A stretch of 64,000 nucleotides of DNA, from NCBI RefSeq assembly GCF_006345805.1, contig NC_043014.1:15686001-15750000 (forward strand), written 5' to 3'. The notes below the pieces were generated by a model, which was not told where the DNA came from, did no database searches, and saw only the letters and a program-made list of their open reading frames with translations. A program made the translations under genes and the position numbers. Source of the DNA: Octopus sinensis. Its lineage: Eukaryota. Of this stretch, positions 36,291-50,839 are shown piece by piece. How positions within the stretch are numbered: the first letter of the stretch is position 1; every line of letters starts with the position of its first letter.

Positions 36291-37254
36291 CACATAATCA
36301 TTTTTTAGTTAGCATTTTAATGCTTCTTGCATTAAATGTGTTAACACTAATTTAAATATTATTTTTCATGCAGAATAGCATGTCATCATCATCATTATTT
36401 AACGTCTGTTTTACATGCCAGTATGGGTTAGATGGCTTGACAGGAGCCGGAAAGGCCAGGAGTCACACCCTTTTCTAAACCATAACATTTTCTGAATAAA
36501 TAAATGCTATGTTGGTTGGAGAGGTGGATGGATAACTAGACATATTTATGTCATCTTGGACAGATGATTGGATGAATGATTAGATCAATATCTATTGAAG
36601 AACTGAATCATTGAATGAATGGTTAGTTTAACATTTAGTTCAGCTGTAGAATCAAGTAATGAATCAATGAAATAGCTATCAGATGGCTGGATCAAGAAAT
36701 GAATGAATCAGTTGAATAGATTCCATAATGTATCAATGGTTGGTATTATTGTTATCGTTTAATCACCAGGTCAAACCTGATCAAGCAGACCTACAAGCAA
36801 AGACATTCCAACTGTGACCATCATGTCTTTTTCTTTTTAAGGATATCCATCCATCTCTGCCCACTATTCCTGGAATAGTTATAGGGATTACGACAGCAGG
36901 GGGTCTTATCAGAAGCAATCATCATTGACTTTCCTGCTGGATTCTCAAGTATGACCAACAGAGACTATGAATATTATCCAACCATCTCGCTTTTTTTTGT
37001 TTTGTTTTTTTTTTGTCTACTCCTTGGTCTCCTGCCAGTAGCCTCTACTTGAAGAATTCATCTTGTGCTTCTTTCCTGTGACATTCTAACCAGAAATCTG
37101 TGGTACCAGAGTTGTGACCTTTCAGTGTAGAGAAATAGCTGCTTGACCTGGAGACATTCCCTGGTCTCTGAGTTAATCACAGAGTCAAGTAATGCTACTC
37201 CAAAGATTCTTCAGAGGAACCCCATTTTGGCCACTGGTATTAAGAATCTTTTGT

Positions 37255-37472
37255 TCTTTTACTTGTTTCATTCATTTGACTGTAGCCATGCTGGAGCATG
37301 GCCTTAAAGGGTTTTTAGTCAAAGAAATCAACCCAGGACTTAGGACTTATTCTTTGTAAGCTTTGTATTTATTTTATCAGTCTCCTTTGCTGAACTGCTA
37401 AGTTACAGGGATATAAACACACCAGCATCAGTTGTCAAGTGATAGCGGGGGGATAAACTCAGATACACACAC

Positions 37473-37537
<65 letters not shown>

Positions 37538-37700
37538 CATATATATATGTGGCAGGCTTCTTTCAGTTTCTATCTACCAAATCCACTCACAAGGCTTTGG
37601 TCAGCCTAACACTATAGAAAATATTTGCCCAAGTACCACATAGTGGGACTGAACCTGAAACCATGTGGTTGGGAAGTAGCTTCTTACCAAACAGCCATGT
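37255..37700 (-). mobile_element. SINE family A
   Basis: Full homology with central (TA)n. Confidence 0.85.
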
Positions 37701-38365
37701 GGACTATATTATCTGGCATGTCACTTCATTTAGCCAAGATGACCAGCAGTTATTGAGGGACATTTGGCAGCTATTTCTAGCAAGTTATGTAACTGTTTGA
37801 AAGCTCTCTTGTTGGCTCAGAGCATCAGTGATTAAAAGGACAGGTCACTACAAGCTTACAAAAGAGAACACAAATTAGTTAATTTGCACTATTTTACAGA
37901 AGCCATGATCAATACTGATATCTCAAATGGCTATAAGGTACAAGCAGAGCTGTGAGGTAAGAAGTTTGCTTCCAAACCACATGGTTTAGGATTCAGTCCC
38001 CTTATGTGACTCCTTGGATAAGTGTCTTCAATTACAGCTCCAAGCCAACCAAAGCTTTGTAAGTGGAGTTGGTAAATGGAAACCATAAGATATATATAAA
38101 TATATATTCTTTAATAAACACAATATATGTTTTTATGTGCTATGATTAGTTTCATGTACTGAGAACATGCCAAACATTGTTTTATAACACGCTTGGTATG
38201 CACAATCATCAGACACTGCCCAAATGGCATAACAAACTAGCCCTCAGCATATGAAACTAATAGCAGCACATAAAAAACATATATTGTGTTTATTAGATAA
38301 TATTTATCTCTCACCAGATGGAGTACTTTTTTTGTTGACCATCATGGAACAGTATACTATATATA

Positions 38366-39237
38366 CACAGTGCAATTGGTAAATTGTTGCCGTTTTATAT
38401 CTTTAATTTCACACATGTGCATTGATGATTGTTTTTGATTTTGTCAATTACACAGTATAGTAGAGTCAGTTGAGCACCATCTGTGAGAAAAACAGCACCA
38501 TGACAGAATTCACTCTGCCAGAAATTTGGAAATGGCATGTAGTACTGCTTGACATTTGCACTGGAAGCTCCAGTACAAACAGATGGTGAACACACAGATC
38601 AACTGTTGGCTTGCTGTGTCCCCAAATCAAGTACCAAGAGTGATAAAAATCAAACATCCAGTAAACATCATGGTGTTCAGAATGATCACTAGCGATAGCG
38701 ACGTTATGCCTCCATTCATCTTCCCACACAGCCTCAGACTCAACACTTAGGCCCGCATCAAGTGCCTGGAGGAGGTAGTGCTGCCCTGGGTCAAGAAGGT
38801 GGCTGCTGGAAAAACCTATGTCTGGCAACAGGACTCTGTACCATGCCACACAAACAGGAGAACACAGTCATGGCTGTCACAATTTCTACAACCACATCTG
38901 GCCACCCTAACTCCCCAGACTGCACCCCTTGATTATTATGTGTGGGGCACAGTTGAGCAAAAGACCATCAAAACTCCTTGTAACACCAAAGATAAACTGA
39001 CAGCAAGGATTATGGCAGCATTGACCAACTTAAACAAGGAGACCATCCAGAAGAGTTGCAGGAGATTCCTAAGTCGTCTGGAGGCCGTGGTTGGAGCCAA
39101 TGGTGATTTTATTGAATAAATTTACTCTTTAGTATTTCAAGATATTTTTATATATAATTTTGGTAAATATATCTGTTGAAATGGTATGTCATTTTCATTT
39201 TTGCGTAATTTAGACAACAGTTTATTCATCGCACTTG

Positions 39238-39240
<3 letters not shown>
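38366..39240 (+). mobile_element. Internally deleted Tc1/mariner element of maT (DD37D)-like type
   Basis: TA flanks and imperfect TIRs. Peptides KHPVNIMVF...VMPPFIF, YVWQQDSVPCH and PLDYYVWG. Confidence 0.85.
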
Positions 39241-39288
<48 letters not shown>

Positions 39289-39289
39289 C

Positions 39290-39322
<33 letters not shown>

Positions 39323-39419
39323 GTTTGTGTGTATGTATGAGTGTGTTTCTGTCTCTTTGCTTTGACATCTCATGATAACTGTGTCACCATCATGCAAGCA
39401 GTGTCCTTCATTCCTAATC

Positions 39420-39830
39420 TTCTATTAAAATATACTTGGTCATGGGGAAATATTACCTTACCTTGTCTCCAGAAGAAAGTCACTCACAGACACTTTGATG
39501 GACCCAGAGCAGATGAGGTTCTTCAGCTCTTCAGCTGCTCATCTAAGAGAAGGTAACTCCATCCAAATCCTGCATTGTGATAACTACCGGGCTCATGGCA
39601 CTTGCTGCGCCAGACCAATACAAGGTTGAAGGAAAGGTGAGTGAGACTGGCTTTGTACAAACCCTCCCCACTGCAATAATAAACCTCTGTTGCCTTTTAG
39701 CATAATTTATTGAGCATTTGAAAAGGCTAAGGGAGTAAACTCTTGTGAGAAAATCTTGTGGAGGGGTCCCTAAGGCAGATATGTACAGTCATACTTAACC
39801 AATATACAGTGTCCCCTGCAGCTCCCTAGG
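39420..39830 (+). mobile_element. Possible RTE-type 5' UTR fragment
   Basis: CTAAGAGAAGGTAACTC...AAATCC resembles RTE 5' UTR motifs. Recognised from memory only. Confidence 0.35.
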
Positions 39831-40649
39831 TACTGCAAACATACTGACTTGTCTTTCTCATGGGGTGTATTCATGAACAGAAAATGGGGCTAGGAATTTG
39901 CTTTTGGAATCAGTCCAGGAACAGCTGAGGTGGTTAAGCTACTGTCTCTGAAAAACCAACAAAGCAAAAGGCCAACAATATTTGCCAAGGATCCACCAAG
40001 TTCAACTTTGCTTTTCATCCTTTTGGGAGTCAATAAAATAAGTACCAGTTGAGCACTGGGGGCCAATATAATCAACTTAAATTGGAATTGTTTGCCAAAA
40101 TATGAAACCAATATTTGCCAAGGATAAAATACAATAGCAGAGGCAGAGTATACATCATTGGCAGGTTTGCTGACAAACTCTTACATAACAATACTCAACT
40201 CCAGAGGATCACAATATGGTTTAATAAAACGAAGTTAAAAAGACTGTTTGAAGTGGAGAGATGGTAAATGTACTTGGGTCTTGGTACTTGCTTCTGGAAA
40301 CAGCTCAGGCACAGCAGAGGTGGTTAAGTTACTGTCTCCACAATACCATCAACCAATGACAAAAAAAAAAGGTCAACCACTTGACTGGTACTTTAATAAC
40401 TCCAGAAGCTTGAAAAGCATAGTTTTCCTTCACAGGATTTGAACTGTTGTTAATTATTGATAACAAATCATTTTTACCTGTCTCTAATTTCTTCTTGTCA
40501 CTTTTGTTTCATTCATAATATTCTGTTTCCTATCATGTCTCACATTTCTCAGCTCCATCTGAAGCTTTCTTTCTCTCTTCCCATCTCTTTTTCTGCATGA
40601 TCCTTTTTTTTTCTACACTCTTGTTTTCAAATCTTCCTTTTCTATCCCG

Positions 40650-40735
<86 letters not shown>

Positions 40736-40964
40736 CTCCTCTCTTTCCAGTAATAGCAATAAAAATATCTATCTGGATATTTACTCATATATATTTTTAT
40801 ATATACACACACACTTCCATTCTCTCTTTTAATACCTTTTTTACCAACCACACCTCATTTTGCACCTTTTATTTGCTCCTATTCTCAATATTTCAAATAG
40901 ACAATATCTGTGTGTGTGTGTGGTTATGTGTGTGTGTGAGTGTGCATGTGTTTATGTGTGTGTT

Positions 40965-40995
<31 letters not shown>

Positions 40996-41349
40996 GCGTG
41001 TGTGTGTGTCTCCCTAGCTGATTGACTTGATTACCAGTTTGTCTTTTTGTCTATTTGTCTGTCTATCTATCTAACTACCTGTCTCTCTATCCTTCCATTC
41101 ATCAGTGCATTTCATTGACTGTTTGTCTAAATCTCTCCTTTCTTTTCTCTCTCCCTCTCTCCCTCTCCCCCCCTCTCTCTCTCTCCAGTTATTCCATCAA
41201 CTCACACTCATGTCCCAACCACAATAATCTTTTCTGCCTTTCTCTCCCCTCTCTCTCTCTCTTCTATTTATCTTTTGTCTTCCAATTTATTCCACTCTAT
41301 CTCAATGTCATTACACTAATGTTTAAAAACTGATCAAGCTACAACTCTC

Positions 41350-41384
<35 letters not shown>

Positions 41385-41606
41385 TTCTCTCACTTTTTCT
41401 CTCTCATTTTCTCATACATAGACAACATCTGATGCCCTCTCTCTAAACACTGTTTCCTCCCACCCTCCCTAAAATCTTGTCTCCACCTCTTGCTCTTTTC
41501 TCCATTCATTTTTCCTTTTGCTTTCTCCTCCTAAAAAAAAGTGACAGCCAGATGTGCCTAAGTGTTGTATGCATGTATGTGTAAGAGTGTGTTCATATGT
41601 GTGTGT

Positions 41607-41657
<51 letters not shown>

Positions 41658-41804
41658 CAGCAACAGGAAGAGTTTCTGTGTGAATATCAAGTAGACTAGG
41701 AGAGTCACACATCATCATTGTTGTTGTTGCTATTTTTGTAGTGCACAACAGACCAGCGTTGTTGTCGAAAGCTAATCAATACAACTGTAACAGTTATCAA
41801 TGAG

Positions 41805-42264
41805 AGAACACTACTAGTACTACCACCACTGCCACCATCACTACTACTACTACCACCACAACTACTGCCACCACTACCACTATCACCACCACCATTGCTA
41901 CTACTACTACTACTACTACAATACCACCACCAGCACCACCACATCTACTACTACCACTATCACCACATCTATTTCTACTACTACTATTACTGCTACTGCT
42001 ACTACCACCACCATCACAACTACTGCCACCACTACCGCTACTACTATCACTGCCACCATTACTACTGCTACTACTATTGCTACCACCACCACATCTACTA
42101 CTACTACTGTCACCAAACTACCACCACCACTACCACCATCACTACAACTACAACAACTACTACTATTACTAGCTTTAATACTAATACTAATATTACTACT
42201 ACTGCTGCTACTGCTACTACCACCACTACCACCACCACCACTACCACTACTACTACTGCTGCTG

Positions 42265-42311
<47 letters not shown>

Positions 42312-42375
42312 ACTACTACTACTGCTGTTGCTGCTGCACCCATTACTAATACCACTACCAATATCATTAATGGTA
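41805..42375. repeat. Trinucleotide (CTA/CCA/CTG) low-complexity array
   Basis: Direct reading. Confidence 0.9.
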
Positions 42376-43499
42376 ATGGTTTTTTTGTATGTACCACAAG
42401 GGCCCAAACACTTATAATGTTACAAAGGTGAAAGATAAAGAAGAAGAAGAAGAACAACAACAACAACAAACAGCAGAGCATTAGAAGGATGATATTGGTT
42501 GATATATGGATTAAAAGGTTGATATTGACAAATAATAAAGACACCTTGATAAATGAATAAATAAACAACTTTCTATTATAGTCAAGGCAGTGCTCCAGCA
42601 CGGCCACAGTCTAATGACTGAAACAAATAAAAGATAAAAGATAAACAATAATGTTGAACAATAAATTAACAAGAAGGGGTCCTTAAAATAGCAGAGGCAA
42701 ACAAACATGTAGTGCGATTCTATGTACCCCATTACGTAAGCTTTGAGTACCCTGAGACATCAAAAACAAAAACCTTCTCCCACTTTTTGCTGCCAAACCA
42801 CAGCCTCAGTTTGTAATAGACTCGTTTAGTCACTCTCACCCATGTTTTATTAAATTTGATAGAGGGCAGCACCTCTCTCTCTTTTGCTGACTCTCTCTAC
42901 TTTCACTTTCCTTTTCATGTATGCAACTGCTATTGTTTCAGCTCATAGAGACACAAACAGCTCGTTCTTGTTCATTGAACACTAGATATTTTGATCATAA
43001 ACACTTCTGCTGTTGTAGTCTGCTGCTGCTGCTGCTATGGCAGAGGTGGTTCCCTGCCCTTGATACAGTCAATTCATTTGCCATGTGTTGGGTGCATATG
43101 TGTGTGTAATCAATGTGTGTATAGGAGTAAGGTGTATTTCATCACAATTTCTTAATTTTGATTTGAGTTTTTCGTTTATAGAGAAGAAAAAGAACTGTTG
43201 TTATGACTGTTAGCTTTGGGTTAGCCCTGCTGATTGATCAAGTAAGACTTATAATAAAAAGCATTCCAACCATGACCACATCATCTTTTCATGTATCCAT
43301 GACTTCTTTATCCAATGTATCTTCCCATATTTTTTTTTAAGACAGTGGTGTAATTTGAGAGAGATTTGACAGCTATTTCTAGGAGATGGAGCAACCATGC
43401 AGAGGCTCACTTGTTGACTTGTACATTGTGTCATGAATTAGCCCCAAGTCAACAATGATTTAGCAGACCCTTAAACTGAATATCATGAAATTATACACC

Positions 43500-44060
43500 A
43501 GCATTTGTCTATTCCCCACCACCGCTCTCTCTATCTATCTGTCTATCACTACAAAAATGGTCTCTGCTTTTCAGAGATAGCTGGTTTCACGCCCTCTCCA
43601 CTTAGAAACTCCCAACACAAACTCTTCTCCTCTTTTCCTCATCCAAATTGTTTCTTCTACCCCTCCCCAAACCTTGCATTTACCACCAACCCCCAGTACT
43701 TTCTTCCCTAAAACATTGATCCTTTGGATTTTCTTCCCTGCACATATCTTTCCGGCAGCTGTCAACTTGCGAATGTTCATCATCAATCACATTGGTTTCA
43801 CCAGTCTCTGAAAAAAGTGAAGGCCATTGCCAGAACTATTTCCTCCAGGCCAAACTACTAAGGAAGAAAAAAAGAAAAAGAGGGAACCATCACATAAGGC
43901 CAATGAGGAAATCCCCATATAATTCCCAGACGGCCCTGTTAACCAAAAGCTTGTACCTTCTTCCCAAAATTCTATCCACAACCTAAAAGTATATATTCAG
44001 AGCATGACCACCCTCTCAGATTATGCTGGCCATTCCCACCTCCTTACCTACCTTTCAACA
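43500..44060 (+). mobile_element. Old Penelope-like ORF fragment (tentative)
   Basis: KNGLCFS and LYLLPKI resemble the PLE motifs KGLxF and FYLLPKIHK. Confidence 0.4.
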
Positions 44061-44704
44061 AGTTTGCAGAGTAGATGACACTTCCCTCTCCACCCTTGTG
44101 TCTATGTTAGGCACATGGTCCTCAGATTTAGAAGAAGGGATATAGACCACCATATTTGATAGTTATTTTATCAACCCTGACGAAATTAAAGTCCTTCTTG
44201 TGATTCAAAATGCAGACCATAACACAAAATAGTAAAGACTTTTGTCTGCTTCTCTAGTGATTCTATAGATCCAGTTTTAATAATAATGATCCTTTCATCT
44301 GTAGACACAAGTCTTGAAATTTTGGGGTGAGGAGACTAGTCAATTTTGTTGAACCCAGTACTTGACTAGTACTTATTTTATCCACCCCCAAAAGGATGAA
44401 AGGGCAAGTTGACCTCAGAAAGTAAAGCTAGATGAAATTTCCCAAAGCATTTTGCCCAGTGTAGGCACAAGGCCTGAAATCTTTTAGAGGAGGAGGATAA
44501 TTAATTACCTTGATTACAGTACTGAACTAGTACTTATTTTATCGACCTAAAAGGATGAAAGGCAAAGTCAACCTCTGCATCACTTGAACTCAGAACATAA
44601 AGAACCAGAAGAAAAGCTGCTAAGGATTTTGTCTAGCATGGAAACAATTATGCGCTCCTCCTCCTGCTCCTCCTAACAATACTACTACTACTACTACCAC
44701 CACC

Positions 44705-44744
<40 letters not shown>

Positions 44745-44777
44745 TTACTAATAATAATAATAATAATAATGATGATA

Positions 44778-45852
44778 TCAGGTCATTAAGAACCAAATGT
44801 CTGATTTTCTTATGCACCAAGTTTGGTGTTAACTCCATGGTTTTATCCTGACAATTCTTTGTTTTACAACAATGGAGAGTTACATCATCACTTTCCGAAA
44901 TGCAATTCATGGTGTCTGATTATATTGTGAGTTCAATCTTGAAAATCAGCCCCGTGGTAGACTTGAGACCAAGGAGGATAATGATGAGCTGGAAACTGTA
45001 GTGAAAGTGGATACATCTCAAACTATGTGTGAGTTAGCAGCAAGGTTTGATGTTTCGATTCCAACTGTAAAGGACCATCTGAAACAAATCAGCAAGGTAA
45101 AGAAGCTGGACAAGTGGGTAACACACAAACTGAATGAGCATCAAATGACACGTCTTGAAACTTGCTATTCTTTGCTGTCACAGCATAAACGTGAACCATT
45201 TTTGTATTGTATTGTTACGTGTGATGAAAAATGGATTCTTTTCAATAATAGCAAGCATTCTGCATGGTAGTTGGATAGAGATGAAATGCCAAAACACAAT
45301 CCAAAAAATAATATTCACCCACTAAAAAAACTAATGGTGTCTGTTTGGTGGTCCAGCACTGATGTCATCCACTACTAAGTCAATTACAGTGGAAGTATAC
45401 ATCAACCAATTGGATGAAATGATGAGTGAACTTGCAATTAAACAACTGAGATTGGTCAACAGAGACAGGTTAATTCTCTTGTAAGACAATGCTTGACCAC
45501 ATGTTGCACAAATAACCCTACACAAGTTACAGGAACTGAACTTGAAAGCACTCTGTCATCACCATATTCACCAGACCTTGCAGCAATTGATCATCATGTG
45601 TTCTAGGCATTAGACACTTTTTGCAAGGAAAAAAATTCACATCTGAAGAAGATGCAAAAACAGCCTTTCATGATTTCATCACCTCTAGCTCTCCAGAATT
45701 CTTTGCTGCTGGCATAAATAAGCTACTAATAAAATAGCAAAATTGTGTTGGTAATTTAGGTATATACTTTGATTAACTGCATTGCTTTTTGTTGAAATAA
45801 AGTAAAATAAACTTTCAATTCAAAATCAAACATTTCATTCTTAATGACCTGA
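44778..45852 (+). mobile_element. Mariner element (Hsmar1/cecropia-like transposase), degenerate
   Basis: TA flanks. ~29-bp TIRs starting TCAGGTCATTAAGAA. Motifs KKLDKWVTHKL, IVTCDEKWILFNN and YSPDLAAIDHH. Confidence 0.92.
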
Positions 45853-45857
45853 TATAT

Positions 45858-45902
<45 letters not shown>

Positions 45903-46197
45903 CTGAGATAACTCAACTGTGAAAATACAAGATAGTTTGTCTGTAGAAATATGAGATAGCCCAACTGTGGAAAATGATAAAGGTGAAGATAGTGCCAATT
46001 AATGTTGGATTCTTGGTGACAGTATCAGAAGGAATCAAGAGGAATACAAATGAAATTGGAATAGAGTGCCCTGTCACAGCCAGAATCCTCAGGAAAGTAT
46101 TAGATAGTTGAAAAGAACAGATGACATGGTGTCATAGGCTGCAGGTAGCAAGCCTGCTATGCATGCAAGATGCCAGGAGTTTCAACAAAGCTTAAGT

Positions 46198-46238
<41 letters not shown>

Positions 46239-46248
46239 TAATAATAAC

Positions 46249-46293
<45 letters not shown>

Positions 46294-46297
46294 CATA
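46198..46297. repeat. (AAT)n microsatellite
   Basis: Direct reading. Confidence 0.95.
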
Positions 46298-47340
46298 ATT
46301 TAACGTCCATTTTCCATGCTGGCTTGAGTTGGACGGTTTGACTGAAAACTGGTAAGCTGAAGAACTGCATCAGGTTCCAGTCAACCACTCCAAGAATGTA
46401 GTGGGTGTTTTTTATGTGCCACCAGCATGGGTGCCAATAACAAAACACTGGTATTGACCATGACTATGATCTCACTTGGTTTGACAGATCTTCTCATGCA
46501 CAGTATATTGCCAAAGGTCTCAGTCACTTGTCACTGCCTCCGTGAGGCCCAACATTTGAAGAGTGCTTTTCACGTGCCACAGGCATGAGTGCCAGTTATA
46601 TGATGCTGGCATCAGCCATGACTGCTATTTCACTTGGCTTGATGGGCTTTCTCAAGCACAGCATATCTCCAAAGATCTTGGTCACTTGTCATTGCCTCTA
46701 TGAGGCCCAACGTTCAAAGATCATGCTTCACCATATTGTCCCATGTCATCCTGGGTCTACCTCTTCCACAGGTCCCCTCAACTGCCAGGGTGTGGCACTT
46801 TTTCACACACCTATCTTCATCCATTCTCGCCACATGACCATACCAGCGCAATCGTCTCTCTTGCACACAACATCTGATGCCTCTTATGTCCAACTTTTCT
46901 CTCAAGATGCTTACACTCTGTTGTACATGCACACTGATATTGTACATCCTTTCTTTCAAGCTTTCACATGTACTCAGTGGTCACAGCCCATGTTTCACTC
47001 TGTGTAGCATGGCTTTTCGCACACAAGCATCATACAATTTGCTTTTCACTCTGAAAGAGATGCCCTTAGTTACCAACAGTGGTAGGAACTCTCTGAACGT
47101 CACCCAGCCTATTCTTCTTCTAGAAGCTACACTCTTGGAGCATCACTTCTGCTACTGACTTGGTCACCTAGGTAATGGAAGCTATCAACTACTTCTAGTT
47201 TTCCCCACTAGCATTTGATGGAGTCTATTTTCTGTACTGTTTTGGTGTTAATTGTACCTGTGTACCTCCCCCACACAGAAACTATTTTCCCTGTTAACCC
47301 TCCTCTGATATTGCAGCATCCCTTATGTGTCCATAGTTTT
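46290..47340 (-). mobile_element. 5'-truncated RTE LINE, same family as 4862-6750
   Basis: RRLRWYGHVARMDEDRCVKKC...GRGRPRMTWD, followed by a homologous 3' UTR. Confidence 0.92.
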
Positions 47341-47544
47341 CACTGGGTAATAATGATAATAATAATAATCCTTTCTACTATAGGCACAAGGCCTGGACTT
47401 TTGTGGGAGGAGGGACAATCGATCACATCAACCCCAGTACTTGACTGGTACTTAATTTATTGACTCCAAAAGGATGTAAGACATAGTCAACCTCAGCAGA
47501 AATAATGATAATAATAATTGTTTCCAATTAAGTCTCTGGTTAAG

Positions 47545-47965
47545 GTAGCAGGAGGAAAGTTGTAGAAGAGGGATACCCAGGAAGACATGGGATGAATTAC
47601 TGAAGGCTGATCTGAAAACGTTGAACCTTATAAAGGAGCTGACCAAGATATGTGGTGCATTGCTGTACTTGAGAAGGACCACCTACCACAACAGAATTGA
47701 GATCTTAAAAACCAAGGTGTCATGTAAAAAGCTTTTGTGTGGGTGCTGGTAACATATAAAAAGCACTGGTGATGGTGCTACATAAAAAGCACCCAGTACA
47801 CTCTGTAAAGTGGTTGGTGTTAGGAAAGGTATCCAGCCAGAGAAACCAAACCAAAACAGTTTGTGAAACCTGGTGTGTCCCTGGCCTTACCAGTTCCTGT
47901 CAAGCTGTCAAACCTATACTAGCATAGAAAACAAATATTAAATGATGATGATGATTATGATGATG
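47545..47965 (+). mobile_element. RTE 3' end fragment
   Basis: GIPRKTWDELLKADLKTLNL, then the RTE 3' UTR and a (GAT)n tail. Confidence 0.75.
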
Positions 47966-48284
47966 ACAGAACAATTTATTACACTGAGCCCAGTACTTGA
48001 CAGGTAATTATTTCTTTGTTTCTGGGTTGGTGAAAGCAAAATTGACCTTGGCAAGATTTAAACTTAGAATGTAAAAAGATGTAACTCAATACTGCATGTA
48101 ATTGAATTTATCACTCTAGTGATTCTGCCACTCACTACAGTCTCATAACAATACAAAACAAAAATGAGGTTGAGTAATATCCTTCTAAAATGAGTGCAAG
48201 AAAAGTCTCTACTTGAGAAAAGCAAAAAAAGAAGAAATTTATAAAGTAAATTCTTAGCACTGGCAAAGACACACATGGCTCGTG

Positions 48285-48508
48285 TGTGGCGAGCTGGCAG
48301 AATCATTAGCACTCCAGGCAAAATGCTTAGCGGTATTTTGTCTGCTGTTACGTTCTGAGTTCAAATTCTACCGAGGTCGACTTTGCCTTTCATTCTTTCG
48401 GGGTCGATAAATTAAGTACCAGTTACACACTGGGGTTGATGTAATTGACTTAATCTGTCCTTGTTTGTCCCCTCTATGTTTAGCCCCTTGTAGACAATAA
48501 AGAAATAA
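48285..48508 (+). mobile_element. Long-tail SINE B
   Basis: Full head and tail ending AATAAAGAAAT. Confidence 0.88.
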
Positions 48509-48938
48509 GAAACTCATGACTCAAAGCAAAACCAAAGTGCTTTTTATTGTAGAACAAAAATTTTAAATGTCTTTGCACCAGAATAGGTGGAAAGCATAGA
48601 ATGGAGCTCAAAGCGATTAGTAATTGCTGAAAGTGTAGATGCAGGGAAGATATAATTAATCACATTTTCTCTGACAACACAGATTGACCAGATTTCTTAC
48701 CAAACTGACCTCACCTGTGCTGATGCCATGTAAAAATCACTCAGTCCACTCTGCAGGGTGGTTGGTATTAGGAAGGGCATCCAGCCATAAAAACCCCTGC
48801 CAAAACAGATACAGTAGCCTAGAGTAGTCTTCTACATGGCCGGCTCCTGTCAAACTCCTGTTAAACAATGATGATGATGATACATGAATGGACAAATGAA
48901 AGAAAAGGGCACTCGACACATTTAGTAGGAGCTACTAG

Positions 48939-49141
48939 TATTATTTAAAACAGATTGATTTGGTTCTATGCAACTTAAAGTTTCACAGGCCTCTAACAGA
49001 AGCCAGTCTCTTTCAGGCTTTAGATTGCTGAATCGGTCTTCCTGTATCTCTCCATTCAGTAATCTAAATCCTAAAACAGACAGGCTGCTGTTAGAAGCCT
49101 GTGAAACTTTAAGTCACCAGATCAAACTGTTTTAAATAATA
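48939..49141. mobile_element. Foldback MITE with ~95-bp arms
   Basis: TATTATTTAAAACAG...CTTAAAGTTTCACAGGC mirrored at the right end. Related copies at 58100-58665 and 61815-62030. Confidence 0.8.
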
Positions 49142-49169
49142 TATATATATATATATATATATCATCATT

Positions 49170-49395
49170 TCATCATTGTTCGACCGTGGTCGAGACAATG
49201 GAATTTACCATGCTACGCCAGACTTCACGGTCCATCATAGCATTACGGAGGTCCTGTTGCTGGATGCCTGTATCCCTGGAGATTACATCAGGGTAGGAGA
49301 GTGAGCGCCCTCTGGTATAGTGAGTAGATGGACTCTCCTACCTTTCACAAGAGATGACACAGGTGGTAGTTTCCCATATATTTGCATTTTGGTTG
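49170..49395 (-). mobile_element. 3' end of an RTE/RTE-X-like LINE
   Basis: TLSYPDVISRDTGIQQQDLRNAMMDREVWRSMVNSIVSTTVEQ* followed by a (GAT) tail. Confidence 0.7.
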
Positions 49396-49415
49396 GTTAT
49401 ATATATATATATTTG

Positions 49416-49463
<48 letters not shown>

Positions 49464-49468
49464 GTTGG

Positions 49469-49506
<38 letters not shown>

Positions 49507-50149
49507 ATGTATACATATATGTGGTACTTATGAAATTCAATACAAAATATAATAGTCAAATTGAATGACAGCAGCAATTGGGCAGGCAGACTTCATTTTG
49601 TCAGATACTTTGCCATTCCTATATCTCCATTTCAATGCATTAAACTCATCATACAATAACTGAACTTAATTATTTTTCTCATAAGATTGGTTGAATGAAT
49701 CAGATTATTATTAATAAGTTATAGACATACCCATTAAATCAAAATGGGATTTCTAAACAGGAAAGAAACATTTTGATGCACAGTTTCCATTTTAACCTTA
49801 AGCCATTAAGCAAAACTATGGCACAGCAAAACAAGTTTAAATTAATATATTCAGGTTTTCAATATTAGGCTACAAAAGTAAAGTCATATTAGGGTTGTGC
49901 ATCGTGTATCAGAAGAGAATATTAACAGATGCATCTTAGCTGCTTAAGGAACAATATTATATATTAGTCAATTTACATCATGCTTGTAGCATTTACGATT
50001 TGTGTTTTTAGCTTTAGTTAAAAAGGAAAAAATCAGAATCTACAGAAAAGGGGGTCCATCCATTCAAATTTGTCACATAATTTACCATGTGTAGGTCATT
50101 ATCCTTTTTAGCTATATTAATATTTCTAAATCACTCAAATAGAGGAACT

Positions 50150-50781
50150 TTTGTGTTTGTTTCAATACTGCTGCGACCAAGCTGTGGCCATGCACTGGGA
50201 CTCCACTCTGAAGAGTTTTAGAAGAATAAATCAAGGACAGTACTTTTTTTTTCAAGTCTGGAAGTTCTTTTATTGGTCTCTTTTTGCGAAAATTATTGGG
50301 ATTAAACAAACCAACACCAGTTGTTAAGTGCTGGTTAGGGGACAAACACAAAAATGCACAAAAAGGCACACACATACATACATACATACATACATACATA
50401 CATACATACAAGCATGCATGCATACATACAAGCATGCATGCATGCATACAAGCATGCATGCATACATACATACATACAAGCATGCATGCATGCATGCATA
50501 CATACATACATACATACATACATACATACATACATACATACATACATACATACATACATACATACATACATACATACATTACATACATACATACATTACA
50601 TATATACATACATACTGGCTTCTTTAAGTTCCTGTCCACCTAATCTACTTACAAGGCTTTGGTCATTCCAGGGCTATAGTGGAAGACCATTGCCCAAGGT
50701 GCCATGCAGTGGGACTGAACCTGGAACCTTGCTGTTGGGAAGCAGATTGACCAGATTTGCTACCACACAGCCTCACCTTTG

Positions 50782-50785
<4 letters not shown>
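50150..50785 (-). mobile_element. SINE A with an expanded (TACA/TGCA)n centre
   Basis: Head and tail homology. Array at about 50370-50612. Confidence 0.85.

Positions 50786-50839
<54 letters not shown>

Noticed and set aside
41895-42607. Poly-Thr/Ala mucin-like ORF (178 aa) and its antisense ORFs
   Set aside because: Trinucleotide low-complexity array open in several frames on both strands. No signal peptide, splice context or unique domain.
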